A stretch of DNA of 64,000 nt, from NCBI RefSeq assembly GCF_009914755.1, contig NC_060926.1. The stretch is one strand, 5' to 3'. Below, piece after piece: positions 31,891 to 49,710 of this stretch; the stretch's first letter is position 1; the number at the start of each line of letters is the position of its first letter. Below the pieces are notes generated by a model that was not told the origin of the DNA, did no database searches, and saw only the letters and a program-made list of their open reading frames with translations. The DNA is from the human T2T-CHM13v2.0 reference genome, Homo sapiens. Both the position numbers and the translations under genes were made by a program.

Positions 31891-32417
31891 TCCTATCCTA
31901 GTTGGGGGCTGGGAAAGTGACTTTTAGAGATTTCCTCTTAGCTTTATCCGGTATGGTAGCCTATTCCACAGACCAAAGAATAGGGGAACAGCTCTGCTAT
32001 GGTGCTCTGGCTGCTTTGCAGGATCCACATAAGCCATGTAGGCAAGGGCGGGAACTGCAGCTAACCTGAATCTTGGAAAAACATCTTGTGATCCTGCTGG
32101 AACATGAGAGGGTGGAAGGCCATCTCCCACTCACTTCCCTGTCTCCCTGAGAGGCTGTTATGGGATGGTTTCTTACTACCTCCTAGATTCTGATGAGGTG
32201 TGGGACTTCTTGCCCCCTTCCCTCAAGGGAAATGCAGAATACAAAAATGTATATAATATCTTACTGCTTAACTGGAGTCTAGAAGTGGCTGTTAAGCAAC
32301 AGAGTGTCCCACTACTCATGTTGCAGTCATTTGGTGCCTTTTGTTTCAGTGATGTCCTTAATGGGACAAGAATCACAGGGAGCTGGCAACTTTGGCTTAT
32401 TCTTCTTTCTCTCTCTC

Positions 32418-32943
<526 letters not shown>

Positions 32944-33214
32944 GGGCTTATTCTTGTTTTCACTGTCTATGTAAGTAATAAACCATCTAAATCTAAAAGC
33001 AGCATGTTACAGCTTTACTGATGGAATCATTCAGGCCTTGACATTTCCTTACTTGTCCTGTGTGTTCCTGTCTTGACAGGAATCAGCGTCGGACTCTGCC
33101 AATTTCCAATACAATATCCATCCCAAACTATACATTTAGGGAGCTGGAAAATGACTTTTGGGTAGGTCCATGGACCTAGTTGTTGCTGTTAAGAGGGTTG
33201 AAGTGCCATTGTGG

Positions 33215-33396
33215 TTCTTTTATTTCTTTATTTTTTTCAAGACTGGGTTATGAGACTAGCTAATTTTTTTGTTTTTTAGTAGACATGGGGTTTCCCATGT
33301 TGCCCAGGCTGATCTCGAACTCTGGGTCTCAAGTGATCCATCCGCCTAGGCTTCCCAAAATGCTGGGATTACAGGTGTGAGCCATTGCGCCCAGCC
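33215..33396 (-). mobile_element. Short AluJ derivative lacking most of the right arm
   Basis: Left arm intact; right arm reduced to agtctcataacccagtct plus tail. Confidence 0.8.
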
Positions 33397-33399
33397 ACC

Positions 33400-35100
<1,701 letters not shown>

Positions 35101-35116
35101 TTTTCATGTTTTATAA

Positions 35117-35990
<874 letters not shown>

Positions 35991-35999
35991 TTTTAAAAA

Positions 36000-36260
36000 A
36001 TTGTGACAAAACACATAAAAATTATCTTTCTAACCTTTTAAAAGTATACAGTTCAGTAATGTTAACTATATTCACATTGTGTAATAAATCTCTAGAAATT
36101 GTTCATCTTGCAAAACTGAAATCCTGCACCCATGGAGTAACAGTTTGGCATTTCCCCTCCCCCAAGTCCTGGGCAACCAATATTTCACTTTCTAATATCA
36201 TGATTTTTGACTATTTTAGATATCTCAGATAAGTGGAATCATATAGTATTTGTCCTGTTG
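36000..36260 (-). mobile_element. L1MA/MB 3'UTR fragment
   Basis: aagtatacagttcagtaatgttaactatattcacattg motif. Confidence 0.7.
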
Positions 36261-37070
36261 TATATTGCCAAGCTTTTTGAGTTCTTGTATTGCAAATTCA
36301 TTCTGGCTCCAGCCTTGCTGTCATGTTGAATTTAGCTATTACTTCTCTCACGCCTGGATGTAATTCAAATCTTAACACCCCTGTTTACCAGCTGAATCAG
36401 GTGGGATGCCTTTGGCTGCAAATAAGAGAAACCCTGACTCAGACTGTTTCAAACAGTAATGTATTGCTCATCCAGTAGGAAGTTGGGGAAAGAGGAGAGT
36501 CCAGGTTTGGTTGATCCATGCATTCAGCAATGTCATCAAGGACCGAGCAGTTCTTTCCTTCTCGCTGCTCTGGAGACTTCACCCTGAGGTTGGTAGCAAG
36601 ACAACTGCAGCAAGTTCAGGCATCACATTCAGTTGTGACAACATCAGGGAAGGAGACAGACCTCGTACTTTCCCATGCCTCTCCCTCAAATGTAGAAACC
36701 GTTCCTTAAAATTTCTGCAGCCAGCTTTCCTTCACACCTGATTGGCCAGAATTGGATCAACATGCTTGTGTTCAAACCAGTTACTGGTAAGGGAAATGGG
36801 ATCAATAGGCAATCAGGCCTACCTCAGAATTTTGGGGGTGGGTTGGGAGTGTTGCCTCCACTGGAGCACATGTATACCTGGGAGAGGGGTGGACATCTAA
36901 ATAAAACCAGATTCTGTTAGGATGGAGGAAGGATAAGAATGGATGCTGAGTAGATAGCCAGCTGTGTCCATTACATTAGCTGTGTGATCTGAAGAGAGTC
37001 ATTTGACGTCTTGGATCCTCAGTTTTGTCAAGAAAATAAGAGTCATGGTGTTTTCTCATGTAAGGATTAA

Positions 37071-37428
37071 AGTTCATGTCCTTTGTAGGGACATGGATGA
37101 AGCTGGAAACCATCATTCTCAGCAAACTATCGCAAGGACAAAAAACCAAACACCGCATGTTCTCACTCATAGGTGGGAATTGAACAATGAGAACACATGG
37201 ACACAGGAAGGGGAACATCACACACCAGGGCCTGTTGTGGGGTGGGGGGAGGGGGGAGGGATAACATTAGGAGATATACCTAATGTTAAATGACGAGTTA
37301 ATGGGTGCAGCACACCAACATGGCACATGTATACATATGTAACAAATCTGCATGTTGTGCACATGTACCCTAGAACTTAAAGTATAATAAAAATAAATAA
37401 ATAAAAATAAAAGCAAAAAAAAAAATAA
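37071..37428 (+). mobile_element. L1PA (PA3-5 like) 3' fragment
   Basis: Near-consensus L1PA 3'UTR with G-rich tract and A-tail. Confidence 0.93.
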
Positions 37429-37526
37429 TTGAAAGAGAAAACAGTCCATGACACCTACTTTTGCTGATTTCAGTGGTTTTCAAATTGTGGTCCCTGGACC
37501 AGCATGTCAACATCAGCATCACCTGG

Positions 37527-37926
37527 TGTTATGGGCTGAAGGTGTAGTCCCACCTCTACCTCCCCAGTTCATATGTTGGAGTCCCCCAATATCTCAGAAG
37601 GTGACTGTGTTTGGAGATAGGGTCTTAAAAGAGGTAATTAAATTAGAATGAGGTAATTGGGGTAAGCCCTAATCCAGTATGACTGGTGTCTGTAGAAGAG
37701 GGAAATAGGACGCAGACACACACAGACAAGAGGGAAGGCTATGTGAAGACACAGGGAGAAGAGGGCCATTTACAAGCCAAGAAGAGAGGCCTCGGAAAAA
37801 AAATCAACCCTGCCAACATCTTGATCTCAGACTTTTAGCCTCCGGAACTGTGAGAAAATAAATTTTGTTATTTAAAACCACCCAGTATACAGTACTTTGT
37901 TATGGCAGTCCAAGCAAATGAATATA
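37527..37926 (+). mobile_element. MLT1A/B solo LTR inserted in MER5A (37471-38040)
   Basis: 5-bp TSD cctgg (37522-37526, 37927-37931); MER5A motifs on both sides. Confidence 0.85.
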
Positions 37927-38049
37927 CCTGGGAACTTGTTAGAAATGTAAAGTCTCTGGCCCCATCCCAGACATACTGAATCAGAAACTCTCAGGGTGAA
38001 GCCCAGCAAACTGTTTTAAAAGCCCAACAGGTGATTATTATGGGCAGGG

Positions 38050-38310
38050 CTGGCCTAGTTGTTAAGGTTATAGGAACCTGTCTAGCCTGGCTCTACCACT
38101 TACTAGCTATCACATCCTGACTCTACCACTTACTAGCTATGTGATTGGTGGGTAGTTTTAAAAACTTTTCTGTGTTTCAGCTTCCTCATCTGTAAAATGG
38201 GGATAATTCTAGTCCCTACCTCTTAGGTTGCTATGGTAATAAATAGGTCCATCTAGATAGAATTTAGAACAGTACCTGATGCGTAGTTAATGCTCAACAA
38301 GGGTGAGCTA
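38050..38310 (+). mobile_element. MIR
   Basis: cttcctcatctgtaaaatggggataat core. Confidence 0.8.
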
Positions 38311-39859
38311 CTGTCGAGATACATAACATGTAAATGTTGAATCTGCATCTCACTTGAAATGGTTGGGTTTGGAGAAACGGATAGTCAAGCTTATTGGAAT
38401 TATTGTTAAAGTGAGGACCTGAGAACTCCCTTAACTCCCTTGAGTGAAGTTGAATACTCCACCTGTTTTGGCGGCTTGACACTCTTTTTTCTTACTTCCT
38501 GGTTTATGATTGTGATGTGGGAAATATAAATTGTGCCAAGTTCTTTGGAGTTTATGCAAATAATACATGGCACACATTGTTATGTTGCTCTTCATTCCCT
38601 GTGAAGGCCTTTTGTCATCAACTTTATATCCTGTTCCCATGAGAACTTTACCTTTTTCTCCTCTTTGCATTCTGTTCTTGATGGATTGTCTAGTTTATCA
38701 CTTCGACAACTTATCCTCTTTCTCTGACAGCCTATTTAAAACCACCTACTATTAAAAACAGTTTTCCATCAAGGCATCTAGATAGTCATTTCCCTTGTTT
38801 TTCATCTGCCTTTTATCTGAGGCGATGCCAATGGTTTTACAGTACGCAGCTGCCACTAGATACTAATGACATTTTCACTGGGCAAGTTGCATTTCCCAGC
38901 CTTGTTTCTGTATATTTGATTGTCTTTAGTATTTTATGTGAGTTGTAAACACACTGGGTAGAAACAACTCAATAAATGACAAACAGTAAAATGAATACTA
39001 AAAAGTTATAGTCTCATAAAATGAGAACGAGTGGGGCCCCTCTCCCAAATAGAAGTAAGCCAGGGACATCAGGATGTTATGAAAATGCTAAATGGCTGCT
39101 ACTTTCCCTTAATATAGTCTTTCAGTCCCAAACTTGTTGTTTTTTGTAATTCTGCCCTGCAATATGCAATTCTCTTTCCTTCTACTCACCTTCTCAATCA
39201 CTCTAGCAAACATAACCATTCATTTATCACCGAGGCCCAAAATCTTGGTGCCATTTCTTGTTGCTTTCTCTTCTCCCCACCATTCAAAAATCTATCAAAG
39301 TCTTTCTGCCTTTTCCTTTTTTAACATTATCCATCTCTAATGAATCTTAAAGACCATACTTTTTGTAATTGTGAACTGGAACATTCAAGGTAAATCATAA
39401 TTCATTTGGTGAGATTATCTCCAGTCTTATTTTGTAAATCCATGTATGACTGCAGCCATATCCAGAAATTTTATAAAGGGTGTTAACCCCCAACCCCAAT
39501 AAATTATAATGTAAAATACAAATATAAAGTATATCACACTTTAAAAAGAATTCTACATGTGCGAGGAGGTAGGGAAAAATCAAAATCTCAGCAATAGCAA
39601 TTTCAGGACTCTCCTGGGGCTCTTGTCTGACTCTTCCTATTCATCACTCAGCCTCCTTTTTATGGTTTTCTGCTTTGCTCACTTTAACACAGTGCCCTTC
39701 AGTGTTCACTACAAGCTCACCATTGTCACTATCAGGGAGTATGTGGTTTTATCATCTACCTTTTAAGGAAAAGTTTTTACTTTTAGAAAGGCACCTTACT
39801 GATAATTATTTTCTCCAACCTAATGTCTTTTTTTCTATTTTCATTTATGGTTCTGGTTT

Positions 39860-40223
<364 letters not shown>

Positions 40224-40404
40224 TGAAGAATAATCCTATTTAAGTCACATATAAACAAGTTGTGCTAAATTAAAAACATTTAGTTCCATTTACTTCTTCA
40301 TTTTAGTAGGTAACTTTGTGATGCAAACTCGGATTGGTCTTCCTATTTGAGTCACTCAATCCAAACCTTGGTAGGAAAATCTGGTTCCTCTCTCTTCCCG
40401 TAGC

Positions 40405-40900
40405 TGTGGTGGATCGTGTTTCCAAAGATGTCTGCCACAATATCGCTCATCCCATATGTTCTTTTGCAATGTGACTGTGTCACTCCCTCATCAAGAAGTA
40501 GAGTCTAGATTCACTCCCTTTGAATCTAGACTGGCCTATGACCTATTTTGACCAATATAATATAATCTCCAAGGCTGGGCCTTAAGAAGTCTTCAGCTTC
40601 TGTCTTCATGTCTTAGAGTGTTCTTTCTTGGAACCATCTGCCAAGCTGTGAGGAAGCTCCAGAGCCATATGACAAGACCTGATGGAGGATAACTGAGGAC
40701 TTTGGCCAACAACCCCAGCTGAGCTCCAGTTGGAATGTGAATGAGGCCATTTTGAGTGTTCCAGCCTATTGGAGCCCTAGCCAACACTCTACAAACTAGA
40801 ACTGCCTGATTGACCCGCAGAATCATAAGAAATGTAAACTGCTGTTTTAAGCCAGTACATTGGGAGGTGGTTTGTTATGCAGCAATACCTGACTGAAACA
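40405..40900 (+). mobile_element. MLT1F/G/H-type MaLR LTR
   Basis: TG...CA ends; ttgttatgcagcaata 3' motif. Confidence 0.75.
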
Positions 40901-41084
40901 CTGGGGCTCCTTTGCTCAGCTTGGTTTTGAGGCCTTGCACCACGTTCACCTGCTCACCTCATCACCCTCAAACCTCTGCAGGGAAATACAACTTACTTTC
41001 TGGGTTTTCACAGTCATTTTAGCTCATGGACAAAGTGGTTCACTCATCAGTGACTATGAAAGTGGCCAAATGATGATCACAATA

Positions 41085-41490
41085 CTAATTAAGACTTTTT
41101 GAATGCTTATGATGTGCCAGGCACTGTTTTAAGTGTAATATATTTATTCATACATTTAATTTTTAGAACAACTTTTTGGCTGAGAAAGACAGGATTCACT
41201 TCCAGTGCTTTCCAAAGCAGCATTCTCTTTGTCTTAAGTCAGGGAAGGCCTTCAAATTACTTTCATTAGAAGAAGATTTAAAGGAATGTTTCTGTTTAGG
41301 GTTTTTCAGTCTAAACAATTTTTAGAACAATTTTTTGAGCTAGGCACTATTATTATTTCCATTTTATGATAAAACAACTAAGGCACAGAGAGGCAAAATA
41401 ACTTGTAAAACAGTAAGTGGGTCAAATCACCATCAGAACCCAAGCATCGGCCCCCAGAGCCACATGCTTAGCTACTGTGATGTCCTGCCT
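41085..41490 (-). mobile_element. MIR interrupted by a ~145-bp non-repeat insertion
   Basis: tgtgccaggcactg...actaaggcacagagagg core, split at a direct repeat. Confidence 0.75.
41176..41312 (-). repeat. Inverted duplicate of 43063-43196
   Basis: Manual alignment: ~8 substitutions and 2 small indels over ~135 bp. Confidence 0.93.
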
Positions 41491-41511
41491 CCCATAAATA
41501 ATATCTCAAGC

Positions 41512-41687
41512 TTATTTTTATTTTTTTAAAAAACGTTTTTGAGTCAGGATCTTGCTTTGTCACACAAGCTGGAGTGCAGTGGTATGATCATGGATCTCTG
41601 TAAACTTGAACTCCTGGGCTCAAAAGATCCTCCTCCCTTGGCCTCCCAAAGTGCTGGGATTATACAGGTGAGCCACCATGCCTGGCC
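41512..41687 (-). mobile_element. Recombined/deleted AluJ
   Basis: Right-arm 3' part fused to the left arm. Confidence 0.8.
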
Positions 41688-42884
41688 CTACTTGAGTTAA
41701 GAAAATCCTCTAAGGCTTTGATTGCCTCGTTCATTTATTCTAGGTTCCAGGCTGTGTCCCATGCTGGCAGTTACATTTAGAAAACTCTAATGTTAGAGAA
41801 GTCTGAATTAACTATTCCTACATTCACAGTTCAGGGTAGGATAGAGTGTTTGCTTGGTTTTCCCAGGTTTCTCATCCCTGTGTGGCCACCGCAGAGGGCA
41901 GCAGAGTGACAGGCTGAGGGTGCAGAGGGGGCAGAGAAGCAGAACTGATGGAGGGCCCAGGCAGGGCAGGGGTGGGCGGAGCTATTTGCACATCTCAGGA
42001 GTGAGAGCTAGGCGGGAGCTCAGCCCTAACTCTCACCAACCACCCACTGATGGAGAGGGCAGCTTCTTCCAATAGCAAGGGCTGTGGCTGCCAAAACTGT
42101 GCCATTTGACTTGAAGCGGAGGAAAGTCTCCTTGCTTGCTATGCAATTGCAATTGCAGCCTTAAGGCAAGCTCCCCACGGCCTTCAGATCCCTCCCAGGC
42201 AGACATCCTGGAGCTGTCACTGCAAAGCTTGTGATTTTGCTTCAAGCAGCCCTTGAAGTTCTCCTGCTTCCTATTTGCCTGATAACTGCCCCAAGGACTC
42301 TGAAGGAACATTTTAAAAGCTAATTATAAAATTTAGTAGGCCTGCATTCTTACATTGTATTAAGAGTGAGGCCTTTGGAGACAGCCCTGGGTCAGAGTTC
42401 CATCTCTGCTGCTTAATTGCTGTGTGGCTTTGGGAAAGCTGTTTTCTTCTCAGATTCTCAATGTTCTTGGCTGTAGAATGGGTTAGTGATATTTACCCTG
42501 TGTGCTTGTTGTGAGCAATAAGTAATCCTATAGTCAAAACCCTTGGCCTCATATATACCAGGCAACCATCAGGGTAGCTATTAATTACAAACATAGAATA
42601 TATTGTGGATCTATGAGACCATTAACATACCATGCAGTCTTAGCATGTAAGCAGCAAAGGGTAAAGCTGGTGTTTCATGCTCTGCTGTACAATGTTTGCA
42701 GAGGAAAAAAGACAATCACCCTGATCTATTTTAGAAAAATGCTATATTTTAATCGCTTCTCTTTTTACTTTCTTATTTTAGTTTTGTCCTTTAAATGCTT
42801 TGGAGCATTTAATAGCTCTTCTGCTTTCAACTTCTATAAATTCACAACTTCTATAAATTTAAAAAGTGTCTAAATCTTGATTAA

Positions 42885-43075
42885 ATGCTCTTAATCTGAG
42901 GCTTATGGGTTTCCAGGGGTCTGTGAACTTTTTGAAATTGCATGCAACATTGTTTGTGTCTACACATATGTGCATTTTTGAGGGGAAATGATTCATAATT
43001 GTCAACAGACTCTCAAAGGATTCTGTAGTTGGACAAAAGATATAGAAGAGTCCTTGGACAAAAGACTGAAAAACC
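42885..43075. mobile_element. hAT-Charlie MITE (Charlie4z-like)
   Basis: ggggtctgtgaac...tgtgcattttt...ctcaaagg motifs. Confidence 0.55.
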
Positions 43076-43701
43076 CTAAACAGAAACATTCTTTTAAATC
43101 TTCTTCTACAGAAAGTAATTTGAAGGCCTTCCCTGACTTAAAGTGGATGCTGCTTTGGAAAGCACTGGAAAAATGGATCCTGTCTTTCTTAGCCAAGGAC
43201 TGGTCTCTTTTCTCCAATGTGTCCCTAACAGAGTGGTGAGGCTGGCTCTTCCCACCAGTACAGGTAATGTGGTAAAGATAGGACCACGTGGACGAAGAGG
43301 TATTACCTTCTCTAATTACAGCTAACAAAGACCTAGGCCTAACCTCAACTGCACCTTCTGTCTCTGGGAAGTCACTTATAGAGTAGACCTATAATTAGGA
43401 TTTGGTACCGGAAACATAATTCTCAGGATGGTGAATCTCTAAATTATGTCCCCAGAGACATACCTGAGACAAAACCCTAAGGGCTGTTGGCCGTAAGAGG
43501 GTGTGTGTGGTATTCTACATTCAGTAGGGATTTATAAATGAGGATGATATCACTCAGAAGGGGCAGGTGTCCAAGAGGCCCTTTTGACTTCTGCAATGGG
43601 GCCTGACAGCCCCGTGAACTGAGCTCCATAATTTATGCCTCCGGCATAGAATCTGTGCAAAGCAGGAATGGCCGTATCAGCATTTGGGGATTTAAAGCAG
43701 C

Positions 43702-44000
<299 letters not shown>

Positions 44001-45579
44001 TAAAGCAGCTTTTTTTATCCACAGACCTCTTTCCCAAATTGTAAGGAGGATTCAGCTCATTGATTTCACTTTATTTTAAAAGAAAATAATTATTGATGTG
44101 TAAAGTAAATGAAAACACAGTCAAGTGGGAGTGTAATTGAAAGTAATTTAAGAGTTCAATGGTTGATGACTTTTTTCAATTATGATATCTCTTTATTAAT
44201 AGGAAATTCATAAATTAAGGAGTATGCAATATAATCATTGTGGAATATATTAGGGAAACATTTTTGATCCATGCAAGTAAATTGAGATAGACTGGGTGCA
44301 CCTGTTCCTAGTCATGCCCAGGGAATATGTGAAACTCTGGCTCAGGATGAACGTCTGTTGGTGTCAGCACAACAATAATGAAACAAAGTTGGCAGTAGGG
44401 TGGGGAAGTGTTTGGTGGGTGGGAGCCACCATCTGCAGCCAGCTCCCAGCACGGCTGTGTGTTCGGATACCCATCAACCAGGAAAGGGAGTCTAAGGCCT
44501 CCAGATGATTTTCCCCTTTCACAAAACTGTTGTAAAATGAAATACAAATCCTTCCTGAATGTTCCTAGCTTTTCTTCCTTTCGGAAGTTTTCAGTCAATG
44601 GGAAACAAAGCCTTATTCAAAGGATTAAAGCCATAGTCATTCTATTGTTTGGGGCTTCAATAATGTGGCTTTCCTTCCACAGACAGAATTTTCAATTCAC
44701 AAATCATCTGAAAAACAGGAAATTTTGGAGAAACATGCTTATGATAACAAACAAGGGATCTATCGTGTGGTATAGAAGTTTACACAAAGAGGCATCTGAT
44801 TTTAAGTTTTTGTTTTTTTTTTTTTTTTTTTTTTTTACCGTTCTGGGCTTCTGGCTGCATTCTAGGAAGATCATTCCTTAAAAGAAATAGCCATATGGCT
44901 TATAAGGTAAGACTACTCAGTTCCCATCCCAACCCCCAGAAGAGAATGGAGGAAGGGAAGCAGACTCTGGCTATATTTTTATGGCTGCACTCCAGGCAGT
45001 ACTGCAGAGGCAACAGGCAGGCTCTGAAATGCCTTCTTCCCCCTGCTATCCTCAGGCCTGTGTTTCTCTCTTACTCCACCCAAGTCCTGGGCCCTTACAT
45101 GGCAGAGGGAGGGAGAAGGGCCAGCAACATTGGTTAACAGGAATAGAGAATGTTCGAGGAAGGCAGTGGCAGGCAATAGCCATAGAGAGTCACAGAAGGT
45201 TAAAGAGGTTGTGGAAACAGTCATTTGTTTTTCAAGCAGTTCCGGTGGGGTTTGAGAAAGCAGCAGCACTCAACTGTGAGCAGACAAACTCACTTTGGAA
45301 ACCTATGCAGCCACTTCTAAGTAAACTACCAAGAGAATTATTATTTTATTTAGGTTCCTCATTTCAGTGACAATCTTTTAATCCTTTGAACTGTATGCTG
45401 AAAAGGACATTATAGATCCTCCTGAAAGATAATTTTTAGTGTCCACGGTTCCCTCAATATGATGATTTTTTTCCTTGGTCCCTATCTTTCACCATTCCCT
45501 TTACCTTTTATCCATGCTTTTCCCTGATTGAAGGAAGACAGAGTCTATTTGCTTCCTAGCATCTTCTTCTATGGCTCTT

Positions 45580-47150
45580 GCTACTGAAAGTGTGATCTAG
45601 ATTCCAGCAGCAGAACAGCAGCATTTTGCTTCTGAGAAGTGCAGAATCTCAGGCACCATCCTATGACTACTGAATCAGAATCAGCATTTTAACAAGATCC
45701 TTGGTGATTTGCATGCATGTTAGTTTGGGAAGGGCTGATCTGTACAGATCTGCCCTATAGGCCTGACTCATAACCCACACTCCCCAAAACCTGCAAGATC
45801 CTACATTTCTGGCCCTGTATACTTCTCTAGTCTCATCCCATGTCACTCTACCTCTCATTCACTAGTTCCAGCCCCACTAGTCTTTCTCGTTCTGGCCTCC
45901 AAGCCTTTGTACTTGCTGTTCTCTCTGCCTGGAGTGCTCTTGTCCCATCTAGTATGGCTGACTCTTTTATTTCAGCTTAACTGTTACTTCTGGCTGTGAG
46001 CGGTGGCTCACACTTGCAATCCCAGCACTTTGGGAGGCCGAGGTGGGCAGATCACTTGAGCCCAGGAGTTTGAGACCAGCCTGGGCAACATGGCAAAACC
46101 CCATCTCTACAGAAAATACAAAAATTAGTCAGGTGTGGTGGCACACACCTGTGGTCCCAGCTGCTCAGGAGGCTTGAGCCTGGAAGGCTGAGGTTGCAGT
46201 GAGCCAAAATTACACCACTGTACTCCAGCCTGGGCAACAGAGCAAGACCCTGTCTCAAAAAAAAAAAAAAATTTACTTCCTTTGAGGATGCTTTCCTGAC
46301 CCCTCTATATGAAGAACTACCTCCAACCCAGCTACTCTCTATTCCATTACCCTGTTTTATATTTTTATGGCACTTACTGTTATCTGAAGTAATTTTATTC
46401 ATTCATTTTTGGGTCTATTTTATTCAGGATTGTGTGTCCAGTGTTCAGAAGAGTGCCTGGCACATCAAAAGTGCTGAGTTAATGTTTATTGGGTAAATGA
46501 ATACAGTTTTGGGAATCATGAACATTGAGAACCTAGGCCCAGACAATTCTAAGGTAAAATATGTCACCCTCTGAACCAACCCGACAGCTTTCAGCTGATT
46601 GACCTAAGACCAGTGCTTTTGGGTGCCCGGATGAGCATATCAAAGCCTGGTCCCCTGAGCAGTTGCATCAATATCTCCTAGGAACTTGATAGAAAGGCAA
46701 ATTCTTGGGCCTTACCACAGACCTACTGAATCAGAAATCTTGGCAATAGGGTTCACCATTCTATGTTTTAAGGAGCCTGCCAGGTAATTCTGATGCACTG
46801 CCCCACACAATACCAACATCTTACCAGTGTGGAGAACCCACAGTGTTCAAAGCTCTCTTACATATATCGCTGTTGTTCTGGACTTCATAAAAGCCCTGAG
46901 AATAGGCATGGCAGGTGTCATTATTTCCCCTTTACAGATGAAGAAATTGAGCCCTAGGAAATTATTCCATTTGTGTTGGTAATACTTGCTTTATCAGAAT
47001 CACTTGGAACGCTTGTTAAAATTGCAGATACCTGGGCTCTACCCTAGACCTACTGAATCAGAATCATTGGGGCTGGGGCTCTGGAATCTAGATGAAAAAA
47101 AAAAGAAGCTCCTAGGACATTCTAAAGCTAAAAGTTTGAGAACCAATTGC
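45580..47150. mobile_element. Cluster of MER5A/B MITEs, L2 and MIR with an AluJ (45992-46271, +)
   Basis: Three copies of the MER5 motif ctactgaatcagaa; L2 tail; Alu. Confidence 0.75.
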
Positions 47151-47498
47151 AACAGGAAACAGTGGAATAGATATCAGAGCTTATAGCCCCTCATTCCTAA
47201 GGCATGCTCTTAGAGAGTCTTGAGAAGAGTAAGTAATGATAAAGAATGATATTGATCTTTAGTATCTTTTAGTGAAAATAGTTAAAACAAACTGGCAGTA
47301 ATTCTTTCACCTTTATTAGACCCTAACCCTACTTGCTACTGTTGTAAACCAGGGAGAATCAAACTCCATGACAATGGACTGTTTCTTTGTATATAATTTA
47401 GTTGTGTATAGAACCAACTAACTGGACATCAACTAAGGGGTGGCAGGTTTTCCTGATTAGTTTGTGATACAGGAATTTTTATTTATTATTAAAAAAAA

Positions 47499-48114
<616 letters not shown>

Positions 48115-48828
48115 TAAAAATACTTCTCCAAATGGGCAAGTAACTCCCAAATCTCTTCTCCTGCCCCAGCTTCCCTGGCTCCAGGCCCATACATTGAACT
48201 GCATATGGAACAGTTCTCTTCTAGATGACCTGCGGGCATCTTCATCTTAGTATGTCCAAATTCATTACTTTCTTTCCCACCCCATCCATTCTTCTTCCTG
48301 GCTACACTCTATCAGCGAATGACTACATATATCACCCACTGTGTCATCTTAGCCAGGAATCCAGGCAGTTTCTGGATTCCTTCCATCCTGTCTCTGGATA
48401 GCTAACCAGTCATTTCATTGTACTCCTTAGATTGCTCTCAAATCACCACCCCTTCCTTCATCTCTACTCAACTCCAGTTCAAGCCCTCATCATCTCTTGC
48501 TTGGGTTGTCATGATGGCTTCCAAAATGGTCCCTTTGTCGGTGCTTCTAGTTGACCTCATTTCTCCTCTTCCTTCCTTTTGGCTCTATGCTTCAGTGCTG
48601 TCAAATTGCTTTCACTTTTTTAAAAAAGAGTTTTCCATTTTAATTTCTGAGACACATGACACATCTTTGTCAATGTTAGGTCTGGGAAAGTTTCTATTAA
48701 CTTCACAAGACAGAAAGGACCCTTCTCTCCAGCAGTGAAAAATTCAAAAGAAGAGAGCTTCAGGGAGTTCAGTTGCTACCCAGCAGAAGCTTCAATTTCT
48801 AACAAAACTGTGAAGTTTCAAATAATGA

Positions 48829-49222
<394 letters not shown>

Positions 49223-49429
49223 TAGGATTACCTCCATTGTGGGCTCTTTTCGAGGGAGGAGGCACTGCATTCTCACTCCCAGTCTAAAGCTGCTTTCCCT
49301 TCTCGGTGATGTTTTCTGCTTCCATGCCTTTGTACATGCTGTGTCTGTTCTATTGATTTTCCTTTTCCCATCTCCTGTGTATGGCAAACTCCCACTTGTT
49401 TTTCATGATTCTGCTCAAGTGTTCTTTCC

Positions 49430-49710
49430 TGTATGAAGCCCAAGCTGTCCACTTGGAGAGACATCTGGCCAGCCCCCCGTTGTTCCAGCCATCCCCAGTT
49501 CAGGCATCAGACATGTGGTGAAGAAGCCATCCTAGATGCCCAGCCCCAGCTACCATCTGATGCAACCACACTGCTCACCCCGAGCAAGAACTGCCTGCAG
49601 GAGCCTAGTATTATCCTCTCTCACAGAACCATGGCAGGGAATAATAAATTGTTGTTTGAAGCCACTCTGTTTTGTGGTGGTTTGTTAGGCGGCAATAGGA
49701 AACTAGAACA
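49430..49710 (+). mobile_element. MLT1 LTR 3' part
   Basis: aataaattgttgtttgaagccact...aactagaaca. Confidence 0.7.

Noticed and set aside
44408-44881. 157-aa ORF
   Set aside because: No ATG start, runs through a poly-T tract and has no recognisable domain.
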